Shown: positions 8,782-17,136 of the stretch, one piece after another | How the letters are laid out: each line of letters begins with the position of its first letter | Numbering within the stretch: position 1 is the first letter of the stretch | DNA from: an uncultured archaeon | GTDB lineage: Archaea; Asgardarchaeota; Thorarchaeia; Thorarchaeales; Thorarchaeaceae | Assembly (NCBI GenBank): GCA_964354495.1 | Contig: CAYHAA010000001.1 | Coordinates: 90,001-122,000, forward strand | Direction of reading: 5' to 3' | Length of the DNA stretch: 32,000 nt | Made by a program: the position numbers and the translations under genes | Notes under the pieces: model-generated | The model's input: only the letters and a program-made list of their open reading frames with translations | Told to the model about the DNA's origin: nothing | Databases searched by the model: none

Positions 8782-9894
8782 TTACTCTATGGGCCATGTT
8801 GAGAGTGAAACAACTCCCTTGTCAATGACTATGAATGATCCCTTATTTCGCAACCAGCAACCGGCGTCAGCAATCTGAATGGTACTGTCAATATAGGGCT
8901 GATGACCATGTCCACGTACGAGGAACTCATTGGACTGCAGACCTGTCGTAAGCATTGCTGCTACGCGCATGAGATATTGAATTATCCTTCTTACTCTATT
9001 CGATTTCGCCCCTTCTCGTTCTAAGTCGTGGACCCTTTTGTGAATCTCGGTCCACGTTCTGAGGAAATAGCTCAATAGTTCACTAGGCGTACCATGCATG
9101 AAGGTAGACAATAACGTGCGAACACCTTCAGGGTGACCGAATGAGTCATCCGCGCTGAAATGGAGTTTTCGGATCTCATTGTTCATGAAATCGCGCAGTT
9201 GCATGCTCAATGCATTTGTGCGAAAACGATCTAAATCTACGAACTGCCTCAATAGGCTGAAATCAAGCAATGCAGATTCCTCTTTGCTCAATGAGTGTTC
9301 CTCCAAGGGTCCTGCAAGTTTTTGTGCAATCTCGTTTTTCGTGGCAGCAGTCATTTCGATGACTCTGGATGAGAGAGCGGATGACTCGTCTTCGAGGTAT
9401 AGACTCACCAGATTCCATATGTTTGCTGTTTTTCTTTTCAGTTTGTCAACATTGCACATTGCTCTACAGAAGGCATGATAGAATGTGAGTGCATACCAAT
9501 AATCGACCTGATGACCATGTATGAAGTGGAAGTTACTCTCTCCGCTTATTGATTTGTAACTGGTACAGATATTCATGTTGTCTGGAATACGTATCAATTC
9601 GGCCATCACTTTCGTCTTGAAATATCCACTGTCAATCTCTGCCATAATGGAATCATGATTTCCAACAATGTAGATGACCCGAAATCCCAGTGAGCATACC
9701 GACTTCAGAATGTCTAGATTCTCAAGAACGACAGTTGCAGTATCTCTCTTCCATAGGTCAAGAATATCCCCAAGTAGGACCAACTCCGAAATCCTATCTG
9801 AGTTTGGTTTCAAGTATTCCTCAATGAAATCTATGAATCCAGATTTGTTCGATGCATTGTCACCGAGATGAGTGTCAGAGACCGCCACAATCAT
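8782..9894 (-). CDS. Calcineurin-like metallophosphoesterase with large helical insertion
   Basis: All five motifs are present: SDTHLG, LGDILD, GNHD, HGH, GHGH. Start reassigned to ATG 9894 (MIVAVSDTH) because the longer ORF overlaps nikR. Confidence 0.85.
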   Translation of the reverse strand: MIVAVSDTHLGDNASNKSGFIDFIEEYLKPNSDRISELVLLGDILDLWKRDTATVVLENLDILKSVCSLGFRVIYIVGNHDSIMAEIDSGYFKTKVMAELIRIPDNMNICTSYKSISGESNFHFIHGHQVDYWYALTFYHAFCRAMCNVDKLKRKTANIWNLVSLYLEDESSALSSRVIEMTAATKNEIAQKLAGPLEEHSLSKEESALLDFSLLRQFVDLDRFRTNALSMQLRDFMNNEIRKLHFSADDSFGHPEGVRTLLSTFMHGTPSELLSYFLRTWTEIHKRVHDLEREGAKSNRVRRIIQYLMRVAAMLTTGLQSNEFLVRGHGHQPYIDSTIQIADAGCWLRNKGSFIVIDKGVVSLSTWPIE

Positions 9895-9928
9895 GTCATG
9901 ACCATGGACGAACTCTGTTAAGTCAATT

Positions 9929-10363
9929 TCAGTGTGTGTGCGAATGCACAATCTCAGCGTCATCGGGCAGTGTGAATGCAAACAACTTCACGTACTCAAT
10001 TCCTGATATCCCTGAAATCTTGTTCGCCAGCTCCCTGATTGAATCCTTTGATCCGGTGAGTGCAATGACTTCAAGGCAGTGTGACTGTGACACATGTACA
10101 TGCACCGTCGAAATGACGTTGGCCTGGGAATGATGCTGTGCTTTAATGAGAGACTCCATCAATCGAGGTCTGTGCGTATACACGATATTGAGGCTTGCCA
10201 TCAATGGCTGGTCCCCAGCCTCCCACTGGCTCTGAGAAATGTATGCTCTCATTGCGTCTCTTATCGCCTCAGATCTTCCGACATAGCTCCTGTCCTCTAC
10301 GAGTCCATCGAATTCCTGCAGTAGTTCCTCCGGAACCGAGACACCGAAGCGCTTCAGCACCAT
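9929..10363 (-). CDS. nikR: Nickel-responsive regulator NikR
   Basis: RHH N-terminus KRFGVSV...RSEAIRDAMR and Ni-site motif QHH...HVHVSQSHCLEVI. ATG 10363 follows GGAGA. Divergent from an ECF Ni/Co transporter operon. Confidence 0.95.
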   Translation of the reverse strand: MVLKRFGVSVPEELLQEFDGLVEDRSYVGRSEAIRDAMRAYISQSQWEAGDQPLMASLNIVYTHRPRLMESLIKAQHHSQANVISTVHVHVSQSHCLEVIALTGSKDSIRELANKISGISGIEYVKLFAFTLPDDAEIVHSHTH

Positions 10364-10382
10364 GACACAAGTCTCCTGCGAT

Positions 10383-10410
10383 AGTAACACGAATTCCCTA
10401 GAAGTAACAC
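10383..10410. promoter_or_regulatory. Candidate NikR operator, AGTAACAC direct repeat (GTAACAC-N13-GTAACAC)
   Basis: Identical 8-mers at 10383-10390 and 10403-10410 in the nikR/nikM spacer, directly upstream of TATA-like TTTAAG (10412-10417). Confidence 0.65.
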
Positions 10411-10460
10411 ATTTAAGAGTATTTCGAGGCTAGTAGGGCAGACCGAAGGAGGTCAGCGAT

Positions 10461-11162
10461 ATGCACGTACCGGATGGAGTCCTGCCAATTTGGTTGCTCA
10501 TCATACTATACGTTGTCAGTGTTCTCATGTTAGTCGTTTCTGTCAAGATGATAAACAGGAAGTACGACGACAGGCTCGTGCCATACATGGGCGTACTTGC
10601 TGCTGTCATATTCGCAGCGCAGTTCGTGAATTTTCCGGTACCCCCTTCAAGTGGCCATCTAGTCGGTTCTACTCTTCTGGCTGTCATGCTTGGCCCCTGG
10701 GGGGGGATGCTGATCATAGGCATGGTTCTATTCGTGCAGGCACTATACGGTGATGGTGGTTTCCTTTCATACGGACTGAACTTCTTCAATATGGGTGTCT
10801 TCTCCTGCTTGTTGGGATGGGCACTATCTCTGTTGCTTTTCAAAGGCCTAAAACGATTCACAGATGAGAAGAAGTCCGTGCTGTTCTCGACAGCAATCGC
10901 ATCCTATGCAACAACGGTTCTGGCAGCCTTTGTTCTGGGGCTTGAGCTTCTGACCGTTTCTGGATTCGGCATCGCAGCACTATCCGTAATCACTTTGGTT
11001 CACGCCTTCATTGGTGTCGGAGAGGCAATACTGACTTTCGTAATACTTCTCTACTTCGTCAAGGCGAAACCTCAGGTGATATCATTCCTGCGGGAGAGCG
11101 AGGTGTCTGAGATGGCTAAGGTACCAGGAGTTCAGGTGCCAAAAGTGCAGATTGAAGGTTGA
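10461..11162 (+). CDS. nikM: ECF Ni/Co transporter substrate component (NikM/CbiM)
   Basis: N-terminus MHVPDG (NikM-type MHxPDG), FAAQFVNFP, SGHLVG, QALYGDGG, HAFIGVGEAILT. Preceded by GGAGG. Confidence 0.92.
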   Translation: MHVPDGVLPIWLLIILYVVSVLMLVVSVKMINRKYDDRLVPYMGVLAAVIFAAQFVNFPVPPSSGHLVGSTLLAVMLGPWGGMLIIGMVLFVQALYGDGGFLSYGLNFFNMGVFSCLLGWALSLLLFKGLKRFTDEKKSVLFSTAIASYATTVLAAFVLGLELLTVSGFGIAALSVITLVHAFIGVGEAILTFVILLYFVKAKPQVISFLRESEVSEMAKVPGVQVPKVQIEG

Positions 11163-11452
11163 AGATAATGGACAGAGAAGAAGCGATTCGATACGGGACT
11201 CCACTTGTCCTAGCAGTATCCATTGTGACAGCTGTCGTCATTCTTGGAGCCGCCTCTCAGAATCCTGATGGATTCGAGTGGTCGTTATTTGACTTCGCTG
11301 GTGTTACTGAACCCGAAGGTGGATTTGGAGGAATCTGGTCCTTCTTGGGAAAAGGCGTGGTGGTCGATGTCGCTACAGGAGTCATAGGCATTATTGCAAT
11401 TCTGCTCCTAGGATATGGCTTCTTTTGGGTCGTTTCCAGGAGAAGCGATTGA
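11159..11452 (+). CDS. nikN: PDGLE-domain accessory component (NikN-like)
   Basis: ASQNPDGFEW (PDGLE-like) between two TM helices. Overlaps the nikM stop. Confidence 0.8.
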   Translation: MKIMDREEAIRYGTPLVLAVSIVTAVVILGAASQNPDGFEWSLFDFAGVTEPEGGFGGIWSFLGKGVVVDVATGVIGIIAILLLGYGFFWVVSRRSD

Positions 11453-11497
11453 ACAGCTGCAACCTCCGAAGTTGTGTGAGGTACGGGGCGTTTCGAT

Positions 11498-12277
11498 ATG
11501 AGCAAGTTCCTGCTTCCATTCCGTGAAGGGCACCACACAATTCGTGTCTTCTCGCCAACATCAGTGGTGGTGGCATCACTTGTCATGGCGGCAGTTCTAT
11601 CAGTTCAGACTCAGGTACCAATGGTGTTCTGGTCGATTGGACTCGTCCTCTTCATTGGTGTTGTCACTGGAACTAGATGGAAAACTGTACTTGCGCTTGC
11701 CGCAAGATTCGAAATCATCATACTATTCTGGATTATACTGCTTCCCTTTCTCTTCGGAAGCACGGTCATATACTCCCTGCCTGCGCCCTGGGGCCGACTG
11801 CTTGTATTTCAGGAAGGTCTAGAGTTGGGAGTTCTCATTGGTCTACGTATTTTTGCCATTGTGACTCTCTTCATGATTGTTCTCTCGCATCTATCCTTGG
11901 CTGAGTTCATCGGTGCCTTGAGGACGCTCAGGGTTCCCTCTTCAGTGCTTGGTTCACTCTTGATCATGCTGCGCTATATCCCGCTCTTCATTGAGGAGCG
12001 GCACAGAATGCATGACGCTCAGCAACTGAGAGGCCTCGCACAGGGCGAGCGGAGAGAGAGAGTCCAGTCGCTTGGATTCCTTGTTGGCTCCACGATCGAC
12101 CGGGCGATGGTCAGAAGCAATGTTGTCTATGAATCCATGACTCTTCGCGGCTTTGGTAGGGGGATGGCCGTTGTTGGTGCAGGAGTAAGAAAGAATGACT
12201 TCCTGCTATTCTTCGGTCTCGTTATTCTAATTCTCGTTCTTCTCAATTGGCAAATGCTGGCGGTGATGCTACAATGA
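11498..12277 (+). CDS. nikQ: ECF transporter transmembrane T component (NikQ/CbiQ)
   Basis: ALRTLRVP, LRYIPLFIEERHRMHDAQQLRG, AMVRSNVVYESMTLRGF. Confidence 0.9.
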   Translation: MSKFLLPFREGHHTIRVFSPTSVVVASLVMAAVLSVQTQVPMVFWSIGLVLFIGVVTGTRWKTVLALAARFEIIILFWIILLPFLFGSTVIYSLPAPWGRLLVFQEGLELGVLIGLRIFAIVTLFMIVLSHLSLAEFIGALRTLRVPSSVLGSLLIMLRYIPLFIEERHRMHDAQQLRGLAQGERRERVQSLGFLVGSTIDRAMVRSNVVYESMTLRGFGRGMAVVGAGVRKNDFLLFFGLVILILVLLNWQMLAVMLQ

Positions 12278-13026
12278 CTTGCGCGCTAGAGATCAATCAT
12301 CTGTATTTCAGCTACAAGGACTTTTCGCTTGAAGATGTGAACATGAGTCTCCATCTCAGTGAACAGAAGGCTCTTGTTGGTCTGAACGGGTCAGGCAAGA
12401 CGACATTGTTGAAGCTCATTGTTGGACTTCTTGAGCCCGAGTCTGGATCTATTCATATCTTTGAGAGGAAAGTTGAACGTGACAACCTGTGGGCGATACG
12501 AAGGGATGTCGGGTTCCTCTTTCAGAATCCGGATGACCAACTCTTTGCTCCGACTGTCTGGGAGGATGTCGCATTCGGGCCGAGGAATCTTGGAATGGCA
12601 CAAGATGAGGTTGAGGAACGAGTCGAATGGTCTCTCGGGATGGTGGGCATGTCCAACCTCGCCGACCGTCCTGTCAATCAGATAAGTCATGGAGAAACAA
12701 AGCGTATTGCTCTTGCTGGAATCATCGCCATGCGTCCGAAGATCCTCCTATTGGACGAGCCCTTTGCAGGTCTCGATTTTCCGATGATATCCACGATGGT
12801 TGATATAGTGCGGAACCTACGGAATGAGGGGATCAGTGTTCTCTACACGACTCATGACCGATTCTTCCTTGAGAACTGGGCAGACTCAGTGGCTGTCTTA
12901 CATGATGGCAAGCTGGTTTATGATGGCCCTGTAGAACGTGCTCTCCAAGACGCGTCCATTAGACAGCAGACTGGTGACTGGGATGCATTACGACATCGGA
13001 TGAGAGAGTATCGCGGACTTGCCTGA
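12274..13026 (+). CDS. nikO: ECF transporter ATPase (NikO/CbiO)
   Basis: Walker A GLNGSGKT, FQNPDDQLFAPTV, ISHGETKR signature, LLLDEP. Start ATG 12274 forms an ATGA overlap with the nikQ stop. Confidence 0.92.
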   Translation: MTCALEINHLYFSYKDFSLEDVNMSLHLSEQKALVGLNGSGKTTLLKLIVGLLEPESGSIHIFERKVERDNLWAIRRDVGFLFQNPDDQLFAPTVWEDVAFGPRNLGMAQDEVEERVEWSLGMVGMSNLADRPVNQISHGETKRIALAGIIAMRPKILLLDEPFAGLDFPMISTMVDIVRNLRNEGISVLYTTHDRFFLENWADSVAVLHDGKLVYDGPVERALQDASIRQQTGDWDALRHRMREYRGLA

Positions 13027-13039
13027 AACTGCGATATGG

Positions 13040-13046
13040 TTAAATG
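13040..13046 (+). promoter_or_regulatory. TATA-like element of tRNA-Leu
   Basis: TTAAATG about 30 nt upstream of the tRNA 5' end. Confidence 0.5.
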
Positions 13047-13074
13047 TATGAGCAGGCAAGAGCCCGAATGTCAT

Positions 13075-13192
13075 GCGGAGGTTGCCAAGCCTGGTCAAAG
13101 GCGTAGGGTTCAGGTCCCTATCTCGTAGGAGTACGCGAGTTCAAGCGACCAAGAGTTACTCTTAGTCGGAACATATCTCGCCCTCCGCACCA
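13075..13192 (+). tRNA. tRNA-Leu(CAG) with 30-nt T-loop intron, encoded CCA
   Basis: Acceptor GCGGAGG/CCTCCGC, D arm GCC/GGC, anticodon arm TAGGG-TTCAGGT-CCCTA (CAG 13111-13113), variable arm CTC-GTAG-GAG. The T arm GCGAG-TTCAA[intron]AT-CTCGC is restored by removing 13145-13174. ACCA at 13189-13192. Confidence 0.93.
13145..13174 (+). other. tRNA intron at non-canonical position 58/59 with BHB motif
   Basis: Central helix GTTC(13139-13142)/GAAC(13169-13172), 3-nt bulges AAG and ATA, intron stem CGAC/GTCG plus AAGAG/CTCTT. Confidence 0.9.
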
Positions 13193-13205
13193 CTTTCGTC
13201 CTGCG

Positions 13206-13733
13206 CTAAACGCCGTCCTGTACCCGCGGCTCCATAAGAATAGTAATCTCACGACCAAGTAAGTGCCTAGTGAGCTTGATTCCCATATCTATCCTCACGA
13301 TGATATTTGGTTCTTGTGTGTGTTCATTGAAATAAATCTTCACCCAGAGGCTCAACCGGTCTTCAGGTACTGCGTACAGGTAAAGATTGTTTTCCTCATT
13401 CTCATATGGTTCTACACGAATTCCAATACCCTCGTGTCTATTCACCTTTGAGGAGGCATCCTGCTCTGAATCATAGAAATCCACATGCAAAAAGAATTCC
13501 TCCTCCTCGGGCGCTATCCAGACTGTAAGAGAGTATTCCCAATCATATGTTGGATCAAGCTCAGGGTTGTTCTCAAGAATAATCCGATCTATGAGATTGA
13601 TTGCGTACACTGTGACCGGCGGTATGAGGAGCAGCAAGATGATTACTGCGATGAGTCTCCTATTCTTATGGAGCCACCCTCTCCCAGCTGGCGCTTCCTC
13701 CACATTGTACACCCATCTGATAATGGATACCAA
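13206..13733 (-). CDS. Single-pass membrane protein with beta-rich soluble domain, unknown function
   Basis: One hydrophobic segment LIAVIILLLLIPPVTVYAI followed by alternating beta-strand-like sequence. The start may be GTG 13703. Confidence 0.65.
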   Translation of the reverse strand: MVSIIRWVYNVEEAPAGRGWLHKNRRLIAVIILLLLIPPVTVYAINLIDRIILENNPELDPTYDWEYSLTVWIAPEEEEFFLHVDFYDSEQDASSKVNRHEGIGIRVEPYENEENNLYLYAVPEDRLSLWVKIYFNEHTQEPNIIVRIDMGIKLTRHLLGREITILMEPRVQDGV

Positions 13734-13888
13734 ATCATTTGAACTTTTGGACTATTTGATGCTCTCGTGGATTCGTCACATCAAAAGCGAATTCAAGTAT
13801 CTCCCTCTGCGTCCCTATCGGTCTTCCTCTCTGAGTCGGTGGACTTGATAGATGTGTGAAGGAGTGCCAGGCAGAGAGGGGCATTGAG

Positions 13889-14341
13889 TCATTCATCATC
13901 ATCGGGAAGGATGAACATGGTCTCTATCCGCTGCACACCCTCAAGCCCCTCAAGCTCCCCCGTAATGAAACGGGTAAGTTCAGCTATGTCTTTGACACGC
14001 ACCCTAAGTATGAAGTTAGCAGGACCCGCGGTCCTCAATATTTCCGATACCTGCTCATAATCTGATAGTCGAGCACAGAGTTCTCTTGATGCACCTGGTT
14101 TGGCTGTTATCTGCACAAGAACCTGAATATCGAATCCCATTTTTCTGTAGTCAATGTCCACAGTGTATCGCTTAATCACACCAATCTCAACAAGGTGTTC
14201 CATCCTATTGCGAATTGAACTTGGGCTCAGGTTCACCTTCTTTTTGATATCCCTAAGTGAAATCCTTGCATTCTTGGATAGAATCTCTATGATTTGAAGG
14301 TCTTTGTCATCAACTCTATCCATTGAATCCATATTGACCAT
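13889..14341 (-). CDS. Lrp/AsnC family transcriptional regulator
   Basis: DDKDLQIIEILSKNARISLRDIKKKVNLSPSSIRNRMEHLVEIGVIKRY HTH plus RAM domain. Confidence 0.93.
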   Translation of the reverse strand: MVNMDSMDRVDDKDLQIIEILSKNARISLRDIKKKVNLSPSSIRNRMEHLVEIGVIKRYTVDIDYRKMGFDIQVLVQITAKPGASRELCARLSDYEQVSEILRTAGPANFILRVRVKDIAELTRFITGELEGLEGVQRIETMFILPDDDE

Positions 14342-14361
14342 CCCAGCGTGTCATTTCTGGA

Positions 14362-14763
14362 TTATGCTGTCTTTACTCTGGTAATAACACGTCGATTCAT
14401 TAATTCCCAGACTTCAACCTCACTGTTGAGGCTTATCTGTGTGAGAAGATCCTGATCTGTTGGCTTGGGGAGGTCATAGGTCTCGAAGGACTCAGTGTCC
14501 ATCAGGCTATAGTTTTCTCCAGTGTCAGCAATCACCGTGGCAATTCTCTTGTTGATGACTGGTACATCTACCATCCGGTCTGCAGGCATGATGACATTAC
14601 GTTTCCTGTTATCAAAGAAACCAACTGCAATGATGTTTGCCTTTGCGGCACCATGTTTTCCAGGCTTGGACTTATCCATAGACACAACTCTACATGGTTC
14701 GTCATCAATTACCATATACGCTCCGGGCTTCAAGCTCTTTGCTTCAGCTTTTCTAATATCCAC
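14362..14763 (-). CDS. eif5a: Translation factor aIF5A
   Basis: Hypusine loop SKPGKHGAAK, IDDEPCRVV, LMDTESFET. Confidence 0.97.
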   Translation of the reverse strand: MDIRKAEAKSLKPGAYMVIDDEPCRVVSMDKSKPGKHGAAKANIIAVGFFDNRKRNVIMPADRMVDVPVINKRIATVIADTGENYSLMDTESFETYDLPKPTDQDLLTQISLNSEVEVWELMNRRVITRVKTA

Positions 14764-14817
14764 TTTTGCTCACCAACTGTGTCGTGCAGACCACTGATAC
14801 ACACCTTTCGATTCGTC

Positions 14818-14826
14818 TATATATAT
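14818..14826. promoter_or_regulatory. Symmetric TATA element between divergent aIF5A and NAD kinase genes
   Basis: TATATATAT lies centrally in the 135-nt divergent spacer. Confidence 0.55.
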
Positions 14827-14898
14827 TTCGGGGCGTGTTCCCGTGCAACGAATCAGCAGTAGCAAGAGTAAAATGGTTATCGCTAGAGCCATTCTTGG

Positions 14899-15780
14899 AT
14901 GTGCCTGTCAGTGATCGTACGGAACCCTCAGATACTCAGTGAGAAGCAAGCCGTGGGACTTGTGTGCAAGCCCGGTCGCACCGAGGTAGTCCCTCTTGCG
15001 CAACGCATAGTCGAGCTTCTTCTTTCCAAGGGTATCGAGATTCAGGCAGACCCGGGATCTCTCAGTCTTCCTGATATGATAGTAAAGCCAACCCCAATAG
15101 AGGATATGGATGTGGATTTTGTCATCACTATCGGTGGAGACGGTACGATTCTCTACACATTGTCGCAATTGAAGGATCGCGAAACACCCCTCTTTTGTAT
15201 CAATCGCGGGACTGTTGGATTTCTCACGGAGAGTGGAACAACCACAGCATTAGCCTCTCTTGGGCGAGTACTTACAAACGACTGCATCATTGAGGCCAAC
15301 GTGAACATAAGTTCAGGCGTTGGCGAGAGGGTTTTTCCCAGTGCTCTCAATGAGGTCTACGTGGTATCGAAGTTACCCGGAAGACTTCTGACACTGCAGA
15401 TTATTCTAGATGGCGTGCAAGTTGACTATGGAAGGGCAGATGGTGCGATGCTCGCGACACCTTGTGGGTCTACTGCCTATGCACTTGCTGCAGGAGGCTC
15501 AATATTAACACCAGATGTGAACGGCTTTGTCTTCGTTCCGGTGTGTGCTCCAAGATTTGAACTGAAGTCCATGGTGATTCCCGACTACTCCAAATTGGAA
15601 TTTGAACTAGTGAAGCCCGGCGCTCCCGGTCTCGCAGTCATTGATGGCCAAACACGATGGGACGTCGAACCCAATGAGAGAGTATGGTTGAAGAAGTCCG
15701 AGAAAGTGACACGCTTCATCCGGCTCTATAACAACTACTACGACCGTCTGAACACACGGCTTGTTCCAAGGACTCTCTAG
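14899..15780 (+). CDS. nadK: NAD(+) kinase
   Basis: GGDGTIL, INRGTVGFL, LNEV, ADGAMLATPCGSTAYALAAGG, DGQ. Confidence 0.95.
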   Translation: MCLSVIVRNPQILSEKQAVGLVCKPGRTEVVPLAQRIVELLLSKGIEIQADPGSLSLPDMIVKPTPIEDMDVDFVITIGGDGTILYTLSQLKDRETPLFCINRGTVGFLTESGTTTALASLGRVLTNDCIIEANVNISSGVGERVFPSALNEVYVVSKLPGRLLTLQIILDGVQVDYGRADGAMLATPCGSTAYALAAGGSILTPDVNGFVFVPVCAPRFELKSMVIPDYSKLEFELVKPGAPGLAVIDGQTRWDVEPNERVWLKKSEKVTRFIRLYNNYYDRLNTRLVPRTL

Positions 15781-16302
15781 GTGAGCCGGATGCCACGCAC
15801 CTTTGTTGTTGATGCAGGCGCACTGTTTTCCACATGGACAAAAAGGGTGGGTGAGGCTGTTTTTTCCACCACGACTGACGTAGTAGATGAGATTCGCAAT
15901 CGACCAAGCAAATTCCGAGCAGGCCTTCTGGAGGTTCTCGATAGACTTCGGGAAGAAGCGCCCCCGACTGATTCAATCAAAGCTGCAAGAAAAGCGGCCA
16001 CTGAAACTGGCGATGATTCGACTCTCTCACAGACTGACATTGAATTGATTGCGTTGGCATATTCAAAGAAGCAAGATGGAAGCAGCATTGCGCTTGTATC
16101 AACAGATCTTGCTGTTTTGAACACAGCTCGCCATATGGGTATAGAGACTGTGGATCCCAGCGGTAAGTTCAAGGATGACATCAAATGGGCCTCAATCTGC
16201 CCCGCGTGTAATCACAGGTCAATAGCGTCAAAGGCCGGTCTTGAATGCCCTGTCTGCGGAACTCCGATGCGCCGAAGGGCGCTCAAAAAGGGCAGAAAGT
16301 AG
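15781..16302 (+). CDS. nob1: Nob1 endonuclease (PIN + zinc ribbon)
   Basis: VVDAGAL, DVVDEI, LSQTDIELIALA, STDLAVLNTA, and zinc ribbon CPAC...CPVCG. Confidence 0.92.
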   Translation: MSRMPRTFVVDAGALFSTWTKRVGEAVFSTTTDVVDEIRNRPSKFRAGLLEVLDRLREEAPPTDSIKAARKAATETGDDSTLSQTDIELIALAYSKKQDGSSIALVSTDLAVLNTARHMGIETVDPSGKFKDDIKWASICPACNHRSIASKAGLECPVCGTPMRRRALKKGRK

Positions 16303-16371
16303 GGAATGTGGGTAATACCCAAGTCTTACATGATATGAAATTGGTACTTGCTTTCTGAAAGGGGTGTAGAG

Positions 16372-16650
16372 ATGTCCATAATGACAGAAAGACCTGCACT
16401 AACAATTCAGCGAGACCTTGATGACATCAAGCTCCAGGTCAAAAAGGAATTAGAAACAATTCGAGACCTGATGGATACGCATGGGTACCGAAATCCTTCT
16501 GCAACCTGGAATGCTCCATTTCAGATACACCGCCTCCGAAGAGCTATGAGGATACACTACCTGGCGCTGAAGATACGTGACTCTGCACCGGTCAATCATA
16601 GCCTACGCGAACTGTCTTGGGACCTAAAATCTGATCTTGAGACTCCCTAA
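16372..16650 (+). CDS. Hypothetical helical protein
   Basis: 92-aa ORF. ATG 16372 follows GGGGTG. It fills the gap, and its stop abuts the convergent yjbQ stop. Confidence 0.55.
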   Translation: MSIMTERPALTIQRDLDDIKLQVKKELETIRDLMDTHGYRNPSATWNAPFQIHRLRRAMRIHYLALKIRDSAPVNHSLRELSWDLKSDLETP

Positions 16651-17079
16651 TCACCCTCCGATAATCGCCACTTCAATGGTTCTATCCCGCGGTCGATTGT
16701 CATAGTCTACAAAGACTATTTGCTGCCAAGTTCCCAGCGTCAGTTGTCTGTTTACAAATGGAACTGTGAGACTAGGTCCTACAATAGATGCTCTCACATG
16801 GGAATGGCCATTGCCATCTCTCCACTTGAGATCATGCTTGTATTCAGCGTTGCTTGGAGCAATTCTCTCCATAGCTTCAGGAAAATCTGAAAGAAGGCCA
16901 CTCTCATATTCTATTGTAGTGATTGAACCAGTTGAGCCTGCACAGAAAACAGTGCAAATCCCTGCAGCCATTCCACTTCTCTTGACAACATCCTCTATCC
17001 TCTGAGTGATGTCTACTATGTCACAGTCACCCTGAGTATGGAATTCTAGGGTTTCGTGATAGAAACTCAAATAATCCAC
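16651..17079 (-). CDS. yjbQ: YjbQ/UPF0047 family protein
   Basis: GSTGSITTIEYESGL, YKHD...GNGHSHVRAS, LGTWQQIVFVDYD. The start may be TTG 17070. Confidence 0.93.
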   Translation of the reverse strand: MDYLSFYHETLEFHTQGDCDIVDITQRIEDVVKRSGMAAGICTVFCAGSTGSITTIEYESGLLSDFPEAMERIAPSNAEYKHDLKWRDGNGHSHVRASIVGPSLTVPFVNRQLTLGTWQQIVFVDYDNRPRDRTIEVAIIGG

Positions 17080-17136
17080 CTGACTTCAGGGAGAGAGCAT
17101 CTGACTCTCTTCTATCTTCCGAAAGATATGGACAAT

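Noticed and set aside
9895-9981. N-terminal extension of the metallophosphoesterase
   Set aside because: It overlaps the nikR 3' end. The first catalytic motif follows ATG 9894 directly.
13193-13733. Integrated element at the tRNA-Leu 3' end (also considered for tRNA-His)
   Set aside because: No integrase and no duplicated tRNA 3' end (att site) were seen in the window.
17087-17112. AGAGAG/CTCTCT hairpin between the SNAP-like gene and yjbQ
   Set aside because: It is a short, low-complexity stem that could easily occur by chance.
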